Below are positions 29,503-39,546 of a DNA stretch of 64,000 nt, one piece after another (the stretch's first letter is position 1; each line of letters opens with the position of its first letter). Origin of the DNA: Schizochytrium sp. TIO01. Its lineage: Eukaryota; Protista; Bigyra: Labyrinthulomycetes. The translations under genes and the position numbers were made by a program. Where the stretch lies: assembly GCA_004764695.1 (NCBI GenBank), contig SMSO01000032.1, forward strand, positions 6,976,483 through 7,040,482, read 5' to 3'. The notes beneath the pieces are model-generated. The model was not told where the DNA came from. It did not search any database and saw only the letters and a program-made list of their open reading frames with translations.

Positions 29503-29875
29503 CTAAACAAGTTGCTAAAAGGCAGTCTTACATCATGTAGCGTGTAATCTTCCTGTAGCATGACTTACATTCTCTCTATCTTCAGAAGTATTAGAACAAC
29601 TCTATAGAAGAAATGATAAGAAAGTGTTATTCTATGACAGTAGATTTTTTTGAAAGTATCAAGTGGGAGCTCGCCTGACACCCAAATTAGACATAATCAA
29701 GAAACAAAGCAATCTTAAACTTCAAGCAATGAGGTGTTTGACAGCTCGAATGAAAGATAGCAATTATTCCTTGAATAAGGAAATACACATTCGTATGTTC
29801 TTTGCAATAGAAGATGAGAACTTCTATGCCTAATATGCTTGAGAGGGAAGCTGTACATCTTGTAGTGTGCGTCTA

Positions 29876-31228
29876 TTATTGTATTGTTTTTTCCAGCCAC
29901 ATTTTTGATGGAGTAGAAAGTGAAGAGGTTGAAAAAAATGGCTCCATGTTGTAGTAATCTCCACTGGATGAACTACTGTCGCAACAGCTGTCTCGGGGTG
30001 GTTGGCAGTTGCAGTCTCCATTTTTACCACTACAACATCGCATTCCAATTTGCACACACATATTCTCACATGCAAGGGTACAGTCGCATTTAAGCCCAGG
30101 CGGGGGACTCGGAGTTGGCTTTGGAATTGGCAGTGGCCTTCTATCATCAACAAGCGGGAAACTGGGCATCGAAAGTAGGCCACAGAGTCCTGCAGGATGG
30201 TCCTTTGAAGGCCGTATGCGCTTAAGATACATGTAGCCATTGTCTCCCCACGATTCCCCCCAGCTGTTTCGTATAATCCACGCATCGGGTGTGTATCCAA
30301 CTATCGTAACTCCGTGGTCAATCTTATTGCCGCAGGTTCCGTCAAATACTCCACTCTGGTAAAATTGGAAATCTCTCTGGTCTGCCTCTACTGCAGCTGC
30401 AACTGGCCCTTTCATGACTGCTGCAAGAAGTTGGTCTTCGTTGCGGGGCACAACATCACGAAAGTCACCAATGCGTGCCACAATACGTTTATTCCTTGCT
30501 GTGTCACAAGTTCCTTGAGCACCCATATAGGGATAATCTGTATCAGAGTCGACACCCCCATTTTGCTCAATGTATTCAAGTGCAAGGTCAATATTACCTC
30601 CAATACAACCATGATTGGAGGTGGAGCAGTCTAGAAGCTGTTGTTCAGAAAGACTACGTAATGATCCGGTGGCAATTGCGTAAGCTCCTTCTACACTTGC
30701 AATTGTAGCAAACGACCAGCAAGATCCACATTGGCCTTGATTTTTGATCGGGTTTACAGCCCCTTTGGCTCGCCAATCAACATAAGATGGCAAGCTAGAG
30801 ATGGTGTTTGTATCAAAGATGAAAGTCTTACGTTTAGAACGGAGAAAACCCCTCGATGACACGTTACTATTGCTAAATCTCTGGCGAAACATGTCGGGAT
30901 CAAGATCCGCAAAGTGGTTAATACCAAGCTTGAAGCTATTCTGTTCTCGATTTCTTCGTTCAATGTAGGCTAAATTGTCCCGAAAGATAGAATGGTGCTG
31001 TTCTTCATGTGAAGCGTTGAGGAAGGTCTTCCCAAATATTGCTTTGAATGCTGCCCAGTGCCCTAAAGGCTCTTGAATATTTGGGAGAGAACTCGTGGAG
31101 GCTTGGGCCTCAAGCGAGAGGACTTGTCTCGCTACTAACAACATCATAACTAAAAATAGGATTCCAATCCATCGCACTGCATCTTGCAAGTTGGTTATCC
31201 TGCCGGCCTTTGTGACGAGCCTTGTCAT
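29876..31228 (-). CDS. Papain-family (C1A) cathepsin L-like cysteine protease with signal/anchor, I29 prodomain and Pro-rich + Cys-rich C-terminal extension (~450 aa)
   Basis: First ATG is at 31228 (the track starts at GTG 31336). Hydrophobic WIGILFLVMMLLVA. ERFNIN-like EEQHHSIFRDNLAYIERRN and GNFD-like GINHFADL. Mature start LPSYVDWR. Catalytic motifs QGQCGSCWSF, DHGVTIVGY and WIIRNSWG. Confidence 0.96.
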   Translation of the reverse strand: MTRLVTKAGRITNLQDAVRWIGILFLVMMLLVARQVLSLEAQASTSSLPNIQEPLGHWAAFKAIFGKTFLNASHEEQHHSIFRDNLAYIERRNREQNSFKLGINHFADLDPDMFRQRFSNSNVSSRGFLRSKRKTFIFDTNTISSLPSYVDWRAKGAVNPIKNQGQCGSCWSFATIASVEGAYAIATGSLRSLSEQQLLDCSTSNHGCIGGNIDLALEYIEQNGGVDSDTDYPYMGAQGTCDTARNKRIVARIGDFRDVVPRNEDQLLAAVMKGPVAAAVEADQRDFQFYQSGVFDGTCGNKIDHGVTIVGYTPDAWIIRNSWGESWGDNGYMYLKRIRPSKDHPAGLCGLLSMPSFPLVDDRRPLPIPKPTPSPPPGLKCDCTLACENMCVQIGMRCCSGKNGDCNCQPPRDSCCDSSSSSGDYYNMEPFFSTSSLSTPSKMWLEKTIQ

Positions 31229-33034
31229 GGGTCTCGCTATTGTGCTAATGTGGAAGCTGCCTTTTGTGGCTGACGTGCCCGCTACAGGGCTTGCCTTTGA
31301 CAGTGCTTTGTTGCAATTTGAGTCTTCCTTCCGCACTGGCTTGGCAAAGAACTTAACTAAAAGTTGACCTTTTGGTGATACTAGTTGGGACGGGCTTCAA
31401 CTACCCTACGAAACGTTTCGATTTCTTTTCATGCCGTGAAGATCATCGGCGTCATGTATCTAAAGTATTGGTTCTAGTAATACTATTCATTGACTAAGGA
31501 GATAGCTACGACCCTACTAGCTACTCCATATAATATTAACTCTAGAATGTACCCTACCTAGCAATAAATTCGTATTGCTATCGTTATTAACGAGCATGGA
31601 GATAAAGTAATATAATTTGTATATACGCTCTCAACTACTATGTGGAGAGGCGGAGATATCTGACTGGTCTGTTTGTTCTTTCGTGAAAGAGAAAAATGTT
31701 GATGATTTTATTACTTTACTTTATAGTCTTTGAAATACGACTAACCTTCAATGTCATACTAAAAGTGCATGAGTTCACCAGTTATAGACCTAACTGACAA
31801 TTCTTTTGCGTTGGCAACACTAAAGATCGTAAGACCTACGAATAAGTAGGTACTGCCCTGCGAAGGGCGTGCTATAAGGAAGATCTGTTATATCGATGAA
31901 AGAGTGGGAATGACAGGCTAGAAAAATTGAGGCAAGTCTTCGTCCCATAAACGACGACTTGAACCCACCTTTCTCCAGAGATCATCTAGAATAAACTCAA
32001 CAAAAACTCAAAACTATGCTTAAAAGTAGTAGTAATCAAAACTTCGATATTTGGAGAACCACAGAAAAGAAATAATATTACCATTTTGCTGAGGAACAGA
32101 TTACAAATTTATGAAGCTTCAGTACGCCAAAGCTATAATAATAGTACCGAGAAAACTCGGACACATCAACGTGAGGCATTTAGTTGTGTTCCGCATTCTG
32201 AAATGAATCTTTTGTTAAAGCGAGCAAGACTGCAATGTTCTGTTATCCCAACTTCCAATTTGAATCGCGTGTTTATCGCTGCCTGCAGTTTGGCTTTCGA
32301 AAAGGAAATAATTGTCCTACAATGTTGCTGCCAGACCATGACTTCGACGATTCTGTACAAACAAGCCTTTCACTACCCTGGAACTCTGATCTCAGAAGCC
32401 AGTCCGAATATAAGCTTTGGTAGGTATTCTATTACAGTGAGATGTCCAAACCAGCTAGCTATAAAGTTGCTCCTTTTCAACAGATAGCGGCCTTTGCTCG
32501 GTTCTAAGGAAAAGCCTTCTCAGGACGAGTCATCTTCTATTGACACTTTCTTTAAGGACCAAATGCCCAATTCTTGTCGCCAAACTCAAAGCACATTTCT
32601 CAATCGTGAAAGTTGCGCATTGCTGGACATCTTTCTTAACGTCAAAGTATGCGATCGGTTGAGAGCATCGCTTGCCTGTGATCCCTCACCAGTTCCTACT
32701 TCTGCTTAGGTAATTCTTGTCCACATCGATTGGTTACAATTCTTCAGGCTAACAATGCTTCTAGCACTATCATTAAACTTTTGTCTAACCCTCCTCATAA
32801 AGCGTGTATTAATATGCTATTCCTGTCTCCATTCCGCAGCCAATAAATACCCCAGGTAAACAAAGTAAAGCTAATAACTCGTTGAGCGAACGAGTTGCAA
32901 CTCGGAGGCCATCTCAAGCTTGGTTTCGGCCAGATAAACGCGTGTCGTGGAGACCAACTCCAAGCTCGACTCGATTTCCTCTCTTGTGCCAGAATTCTCG
33001 GCGCCTCAGCCTCTCCGTAGCTCGCAAACAAGCC

Positions 33035-33874
33035 ATGGCGGATTCTAAGGCGACCAAGCCTCGCGGTGCCAAGCGTTCTCGCGCCAAGAAGGAGGATGCC
33101 GAGGTGGACAGACAGCACATGGTCTTTGGGGACTCCGACGATGAGGATGGTGTTGAGACCAAGGTGATTCAGGGCGCCAAAGTGGGATCGAAGATCAAGA
33201 TCAGCAAGGGCGGCGAAGGTAGCAAGCGCGAGCCTCGATTCAAGGTCAAGGAGGATGGCACCAAGGAAAGCAGACGGGAGCGTCGCAAGCGTCGTCGCAT
33301 GGAGAAGGGTATTCCTGAACGTGAGTCCGAAGCTGACGGAAAGTCTAAGCTTGAGAAGAAACTGAAGTGCTTTGGAGGCAAGGTCTTTGGCATTACGGTG
33401 CGCAGCAAGGCAGAGGATGGCGAAGACGACGACGCTGATGAGGAAGAGACCAAGGCAGACGCGGAGCTTCCGAGTTTCGATGAGATCAAGGCAAACATTG
33501 AAAAAGCTGGTGGCAAGGTGAGCGGCATTCTGCATAAAAAGGTATTCGCGCTTATCGCGTCTGACCGTGCTGTGCGGCGCCGATCTCAGAAGGTGCGCAA
33601 GGCCGTCAAGTACAATGTACCTGTTGTCAAGGTAGCATTTTTGGATGCATGCATTGCTGCAAAATCACTTGTAGCTAAGGAGCCCTTTTTGCACGAGGTC
33701 CCTGAAGAAGACTCTGTTGTCCGTAAGGCACCGGCGTTTGCGATTGTGGAAAACGCAGAGGAGGATAGTGAATCTCTCACACCGAAGCCCGTCATTGAGA
33801 TCGATCTGGGCTGCTGCTGCTCATGCCACGATGCGGGCAAGGCCTCTTGTGAATGGTGCGAGGCTCATCACTGA
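33035..33874 (+). CDS. BRCT-domain protein with charged N-terminus and C-terminal Cys/His cluster (~279 aa)
   Basis: ATG at 33035 (gccATGG). BRCT pattern FGGKVFGIT ... EIKANIEKAGGKVSGILHKKVFALIAS ... SQKVRKAVKYNVPVVKVAFLDACI. Terminal DLGCCCSCHDAGKASCEWCEAHH. Confidence 0.85.
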   Translation: MADSKATKPRGAKRSRAKKEDAEVDRQHMVFGDSDDEDGVETKVIQGAKVGSKIKISKGGEGSKREPRFKVKEDGTKESRRERRKRRRMEKGIPERESEADGKSKLEKKLKCFGGKVFGITVRSKAEDGEDDDADEEETKADAELPSFDEIKANIEKAGGKVSGILHKKVFALIASDRAVRRRSQKVRKAVKYNVPVVKVAFLDACIAAKSLVAKEPFLHEVPEEDSVVRKAPAFAIVENAEEDSESLTPKPVIEIDLGCCCSCHDAGKASCEWCEAHH

Positions 33875-34710
33875 GCTGATGATCTTATCCCCTAGGTCCT
33901 GCCCCTGTCTGGACTTGCAAACTCTAAATCCGCAGCCGAATGTGTTCCCCTACGACTTTCTCACAGCTGTGTTTGTTTACACCCTCGGCGAGATTGTCTC
34001 TTACTTCGAGATACGGTTTTCATCACGAATTCGTGTGAGGCAGTGCGTGCGATTTAAAACAAACTGCCAGCAAATCGAGACTTGACAAAATTTGACACAA
34101 ACAAACCTCACAGACGCTTATGACGTATGAGTTCTTCTCTATTACTTTTATATCTTTGTCGTACTACGTATTACCAATATATTCCATTTCTTTTGTCCCT
34201 TTTATCATTCCCCCGCCTTTTGATATCCTACTCTCTCCACAAATTAGTTCCGTGTTCCTAAAGGCCCTTGAGCTATTTATTCAATTGCCATATCATTATT
34301 CAAATAGAAATAAATCAAGATAAACGACTTTGCTTACGTAACTATAATGATCCACTGCAAACCCTCATCTGTTTCTCTCTGCTTTGATATTCACTTATAT
34401 GACAACTCTTGCTGGGCCTTTGACCTCTATCTCCGATTAAAATACGCGGTCCTAAACTTACGTTTTCTAACTTTAAAAAAACTTATAACTTTTTAATTTT
34501 AAATATGAAAAATACGAATTCCATTTTTTGTCGAAAGGCAGAGAGAGACTGAGGACAGCTGTGAACTCCCTCTCCGTTGCAGTCCTTGAAGCAGGAGGCC
34601 CACGGCGTCCTGATATCACGTGGCTGGCGCCACGACTTGCATCTTCTTTGCCAGTTTTCGCCTGAAGTTGAACACGATAACGTAGCTTTGTCATCGTGGC
34701 TTGTGGGACG

Positions 34711-36789
34711 ATGCAGGCTGGAGATGACGGTTTATCGTCTTCTCGGGCTTCAATATCTTCAGAAGGTCTGCGAAAAAGGCGTGGTGGAAAATCTCATGAA
34801 GCAAATTATGACGCAGCTCCAGGGCTAGACTCAGTAAACACTTCTCCTCAGACTCAGTTTTCAAGTCCAAGTACCGCCAAGGAGACCTCAGCTACATCTC
34901 AAATATCTAAAATGAGACAGATTGCAATACTCTTGCAGAAACATCATGGTATATTCGGGTTTGTTCTCTTTTTCTTAGGAGTTTCGTGGTTTTTTCTCTT
35001 TCCACTCGTTTGTGTAACAACTGGAGAGCTCAAATGCCGAGGAACATATTTCTCAGAAAATGCTCTCAGTCCTGGAACGGCCAACGTGGCTTTCTCCCCA
35101 GTCAGTGTTCGCTCTGCAAGGGATATTGAGATCAACTTAAGAGAGCGTGCTTCTCGAGCGGATGGGTTATTTGACACGATGACCTCTGTAGGTCTCACTG
35201 ATGTGCACATTGACGAGCTTGGTCAGGTGTCTGGAATTCTACGTCCAAAGGGTGCGGCTGATCGGCGCGATGCTTTGATCCTCGTTACACCCTTTGGAGA
35301 GGCAAACGATCATGCGACGGGTGGCTGTTCGGGTCCAGGACTTATGTTAGCACTCGCGCAGACCCTCGTGGATGTCGATTGGCTGAGTAAGAATGTAATA
35401 TTTCTCGTAGCTCGAGATAATTATAGCATGCGAAGGTGGCTCCAGAAGTACCACGAGAATATCGTACACTCTACAGGTAAATCGATGGGCCATGCTGGTT
35501 TACTACTTGGGGGGCTGGTCATCGATGTGGAGCCAAGCTACCCGGGTGAGTTTGCTGAAGCCATTGACGTGCATGTGGCAGGAAGTAACGGACTCCTACC
35601 AAATTTGGACTTGGTCAACGTAATTGTGTACCTTCTTCGTCAGCATGCTGGAATCGGGGCTGACAAAACTAGGTTTACTCCTCTGCAACGACAGGGAAGT
35701 CATTTGATTCATTCCTTTCGAGATAGTATTCAAGCAGCCGCAATGAAGGCTAACGAGATAAACCCTGGGATGTTTGGACGCCACGAAACTGCACAATACG
35801 TACATCGTATGGAAAATCTGGCGTACTTTATGCAAAGTGTTGCCTTTGGTCCCTCGGGTTGGCATGCAGAGCTTCTGCCATTCGATGTGCATGGTGTATC
35901 GTTACATATAAGCTACACCAATAATACTTTGAAGAAATGGACCACCTCAGAGCAAGCATGTTTGGCGCTTGGCAAAACCATCGAACATACCGTTCGCAGT
36001 TTAAGCAACCTGGAGGAAAAGTTCCATCAGTCTTATTTCCTCTATATTCTCCCAGACCTGCACTTATTTGTGAGCATTGGCGAGTATGCTGGGTCGCTTG
36101 TTTTAGTGCTTTCTCCCCTGTTGCTTGGGTTTCTTAGCGAAATGATTGACTTTCGTGGGGGAGTTCTTGGAGAAGGGAGATCAGACGCACACGACTCAGT
36201 ACTAGAGATGCTTGTTGCAATCGCTGTATTGGCACTAGGTATTTGCTACGGAGCTTACCTCTTGAGTGATGGTGCACAAGGTTTGCGAAGTTTATCTAGT
36301 GTAATCCTTTCAGGGCTTGCAGTTTTAATGCTCCTTGTCTTCTTCATGCAGCGCTTGGGGCGTGGCAGTAAAGCTAGTTTCTGGAGACCAACGCTGGCTG
36401 TGCTTCAACTCTATATTGTAGTGACGCATGCTATGGTAGGTATGGTAAACTACCCTCTGGCTTTTATTTCTGCAATATGGTGCTCATTATTCTACGCACA
36501 AGTGAAACCAGCGCAAGGATACATACATCTTTTGTGGGGCTTCTGCTTTTGGGTGCTGGTTGCACCGTGGGTTGCAGCTCTCGCCCTACCCTATGTAGTT
36601 GTTGGTTCAGATGCGTGGGCACTGACTCCTGAATGGAATAGTTATGATTTGGCTAGTGTCCAGCTTACTATGTCTCAAATCGCAGATGCCTATGTAAGAC
36701 ACCACTTCATGCAGGTTCCTTTTTTGTTGGTAGTCCACGCCCCTGCCCATTTGTTGGCTTTTGCCATCATTTTTGGTATTATACAATAG
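34711..36789 (+). CDS. GPAA1: GPI transamidase component GAA1/GPAA1 (~692 aa)
   Basis: ATG at 34711. N-terminal TM helix followed by RGTYFSENALSPG, then GSNGLLPNLDLVN, RSLSNLEEKFHQSYFLYIL and FVSIGEY. Multiple C-terminal TM segments. These are hallmark Gaa1 motifs. Confidence 0.95.
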   Translation: MQAGDDGLSSSRASISSEGLRKRRGGKSHEANYDAAPGLDSVNTSPQTQFSSPSTAKETSATSQISKMRQIAILLQKHHGIFGFVLFFLGVSWFFLFPLVCVTTGELKCRGTYFSENALSPGTANVAFSPVSVRSARDIEINLRERASRADGLFDTMTSVGLTDVHIDELGQVSGILRPKGAADRRDALILVTPFGEANDHATGGCSGPGLMLALAQTLVDVDWLSKNVIFLVARDNYSMRRWLQKYHENIVHSTGKSMGHAGLLLGGLVIDVEPSYPGEFAEAIDVHVAGSNGLLPNLDLVNVIVYLLRQHAGIGADKTRFTPLQRQGSHLIHSFRDSIQAAAMKANEINPGMFGRHETAQYVHRMENLAYFMQSVAFGPSGWHAELLPFDVHGVSLHISYTNNTLKKWTTSEQACLALGKTIEHTVRSLSNLEEKFHQSYFLYILPDLHLFVSIGEYAGSLVLVLSPLLLGFLSEMIDFRGGVLGEGRSDAHDSVLEMLVAIAVLALGICYGAYLLSDGAQGLRSLSSVILSGLAVLMLLVFFMQRLGRGSKASFWRPTLAVLQLYIVVTHAMVGMVNYPLAFISAIWCSLFYAQVKPAQGYIHLLWGFCFWVLVAPWVAALALPYVVVGSDAWALTPEWNSYDLASVQLTMSQIADAYVRHHFMQVPFLLVVHAPAHLLAFAIIFGIIQ

Positions 36790-37638
36790 GGCTATAGGAA
36801 TCATTCATGAACTTGTGTTATACTTTTTGTACAATGTCCACATATGGTCATTTTTTCAAAATTGATTAGTATCGTTTTACAAGTAGTGCTACCGTTCTTA
36901 GTAGGCGCTAGTGTAATAACAAACCTAAAAGTCTATTAAGATACGAAAGTAAATAACCATTTTGCTAAAAGGTCTTGGTTTCTTGAAATGTTTAGATGAT
37001 ATTGAGGCTGATTACACATCCCCTGCTTTCCTATTGTTGTAAAACCCTCCTTGCGTTCACTCTGGGGAAATTATGAAGAGCAGTTGTTACCAGTAGGTGT
37101 TACAACCCTCCCCGCAGCAATTAGGTGGGACAATGAGGAGTACAAGTAAGAGTATTTGTTAAAGGAGAAAAGATAATGGTACGAAATCAAAATTCAAATT
37201 ACTCAGAACATATATCAACATGGGTAGAGAGTATAGTAAAGAAGAACATCATCACAGTGAGAGAAAAAGAGGGACAAACGTATCACAGGTCAGGAGACGA
37301 ATCTATTGATTGGTTCACAGTTGAGCCCTTAACAGAAAGATGCAGAGAAGTGTGGATTAGAGAAAAGCACAATGCCCCTGAAAGAAGGATTTGCGCATAT
37401 GCCGCTTCTACAATGTTAACGCACGGAAGTGCACGCTTGCGTACATGGTCATAATATACTACCTCGACACATCATTCATTTGAGAGTGTATTGGAACTTC
37501 CTGCCCAAAACTCTTCGTTTCAGAATTTATCGTGCGTTGAGGATGAGAACAGATTTTAAAGTTTGTCAGTTCATGTGTGCGGAGGCGGAGTGTGTAGAAA
37601 GCCAGAGGAGAATGATTGTGATCAGTAAATTTCACAAT

Positions 37639-39546
37639 TTACCATCGGTTGAGGAGCGGGTTATCGAGCGGGAGCTTGATGGCCTGTGCGGTAGCTGATG
37701 ATACAGACTTTGCACGGCGGGTCTCAGCGTCGCGGAGAATCTTGCAGTGCTCGCGCATAGCCTGAGAGGAGATGCCGCGAAGAGCACGAGGCAAGTGCTT
37801 TGCAACTTCGTCGATTTTGCAGTCAAAGCGAACGCAGATGTCATGAAGCTGCTTCTCGAGTTCGGCAGTCCACGTGACTTCTTGGTCCTTTGCCTTTGCG
37901 CGCTCAATACTCTTAAAGCGTGTTTTGACACCGTTCTCTGTGCGGCCCTTGAGGTGGCGCTTGATCTCGGCCCAACGATTGCCCAGTTTATAGTGGAGCT
38001 TAAGAAGGAGTTCGTCCTCAGCTTGAGTCCAAGCACCACGATTAATTGAGGGGTCGAGGTTAAGGCTCCAGCGCTCACGGCACTGCTTTGCGGTGCGTCC
38101 GGGAATCTTTTGTGCAACATCAGCCCAGTTTTTGGGCTTAGTGGTGCTCATGAGTTCAAGAAGAAGGTCGTCCTCGGACTTGCGCCACATTCCCTTCACG
38201 AGACCGGGCTGAAGAACCTTCTTCCAACGCTGGAGGCACTGAACGTGGTCGCGACCTTGGACAAGATTAGCGATAGCTTTCCAGTTTTGGCCGTTGTGCT
38301 TCTCGACAGCGTTGCGAAGCATTTCGTCCTGTTCCGGAGTCCATCTGCGTGCAGTCTTCTTTTTCCCGGAAGCATCAAGTCCACTGCTACTGCTGTTGTC
38401 ATCATCTTCGGTGCTCTCGGAAGAGGCGACCGAGGATGCGGCAGAGCTTGAAGAACGTTTCATGGGGGAGATCTCTTCATCCTCTTCCTCGTCTAAATTT
38501 GCAATCATAGCCGAGGAAGTCGAAGAGGAAGCTGATGCAGTGCTGTTTTTGCGAGCTTTCTTGCGCGCAGGGCCAGAGACAGCTTCGATTTTGACAGCGG
38601 CCTCCGATGAAGAAGCATGAAGGCCAATATCCTCAGTTTGGTGTGCGGCGTTATTTGATGATGATGATGATGATGATGTGGCAGCTTCTGCGGCGGCGGC
38701 AGCGAGTTTTGATGATTGACGTGTGGTCATCTCAGTAGTCTTGAGCGCAGTAAGGGTGACAGGGGGCGGTGTGATGGCTTTGGAGGTCATGATGGGGATG
38801 GGCGAAGCGGTGACTGGAAGCTTGCGCTTTTTCCTGCGGTTCTGCTGCTGCATTTGGGGGGAAGACACCGGGGTATCCACAGGAGAAGTCGTCTCTGGGG
38901 CAGCGGATACTGGTGATGTAATGGCAGCATGGCTGATAATGTCTGAGGTGAGTGCTGAGGTTTCGTCAATATCTTGTACGCCGAGGTGGAGATCAATGCT
39001 GTGTGAAAATGTGCGGGTCTTAATATCATGAGATTCACGCCACTCCTCGTCTGAGGTGTCCTCAACAGCGGCGACGGCCTCTTCAACAATTCTCTCAAAG
39101 TCGTCATTAAGATTTTTGCGGAGAGGAGGCACACCTGATGGTGCGGAACGCTTGAGCTCTTCGATTTCGTCTTGCTTGGCACGAAGTTGTCCCTGAAGGA
39201 ATTCAATCATTCTGAGTGCTGAGTCTTTAGATGTAATTGCGTTGGATGGATCGTTATCATCGACATTAGTGCCATGTGCTTCGGCGGCAATAGCAACTCG
39301 GGAGTGTGATGGTTTGCTTGGTTCGAGGGAGTCCTCATTGAACACAGCCATTGTGGTGAGCGGGGTTTCCACACCTTCGAGGAATTCGTCCGTCATCTCT
39401 ACCATATCATCAAGCATCATGACGTCATCCTTCATTACCGAGATGCCATCGGCGTCGCCGAGAAGGCCATTTGCAGGGTCAAAGAGCGCCTCAAGGTCTG
39501 GAAGGTCGCGGTCGTCGTCCACATGGTGTAGCGCAGGAGAAGTCAT
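37639..39546 (-). CDS. R1R2R3 (3R)-MYB transcription factor with C-terminally placed DNA-binding domain (~635 aa)
   Basis: First ATG is at 39546 (the track starts at GTG 39555). Three Myb repeats: RRWTPEQDEML...QCLQRWKKVL, KGMWRKSEDDLL...KQCRERW, RGAWTQAEDELL...WAEIKRHLKGRTENGVKTRF. Upstream coiled coil, NLS-like RRKKRK and poly-Ser tracts. Confidence 0.96.
   Translation of the reverse strand: MTSPALHHVDDDRDLPDLEALFDPANGLLGDADGISVMKDDVMMLDDMVEMTDEFLEGVETPLTTMAVFNEDSLEPSKPSHSRVAIAAEAHGTNVDDNDPSNAITSKDSALRMIEFLQGQLRAKQDEIEELKRSAPSGVPPLRKNLNDDFERIVEEAVAAVEDTSDEEWRESHDIKTRTFSHSIDLHLGVQDIDETSALTSDIISHAAITSPVSAAPETTSPVDTPVSSPQMQQQNRRKKRKLPVTASPIPIMTSKAITPPPVTLTALKTTEMTTRQSSKLAAAAAEAATSSSSSSSNNAAHQTEDIGLHASSSEAAVKIEAVSGPARKKARKNSTASASSSTSSAMIANLDEEEDEEISPMKRSSSSAASSVASSESTEDDDNSSSSGLDASGKKKTARRWTPEQDEMLRNAVEKHNGQNWKAIANLVQGRDHVQCLQRWKKVLQPGLVKGMWRKSEDDLLLELMSTTKPKNWADVAQKIPGRTAKQCRERWSLNLDPSINRGAWTQAEDELLLKLHYKLGNRWAEIKRHLKGRTENGVKTRFKSIERAKAKDQEVTWTAELEKQLHDICVRFDCKIDEVAKHLPRALRGISSQAMREHCKILRDAETRRAKSVSSATAQAIKLPLDNPLLNRW

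Noticed and set aside
31950-31980. Box-B/T-arm-like word (gtgggttcaagtc, minus strand)
   Set aside because: No cloverleaf, box A or acceptor-stem pairing, so not a tRNA.
32086-32709. ORFs of 133 and 71 aa between the protease and BRCT genes
   Set aside because: Non-ATG starts, no recognisable motifs, and manual translation of part of the opposite strand gave nothing recognisable. A decayed gene cannot be excluded.
32795-33535. 246-aa minus-strand ORF
   Set aside because: Antisense shadow of the BRCT gene.
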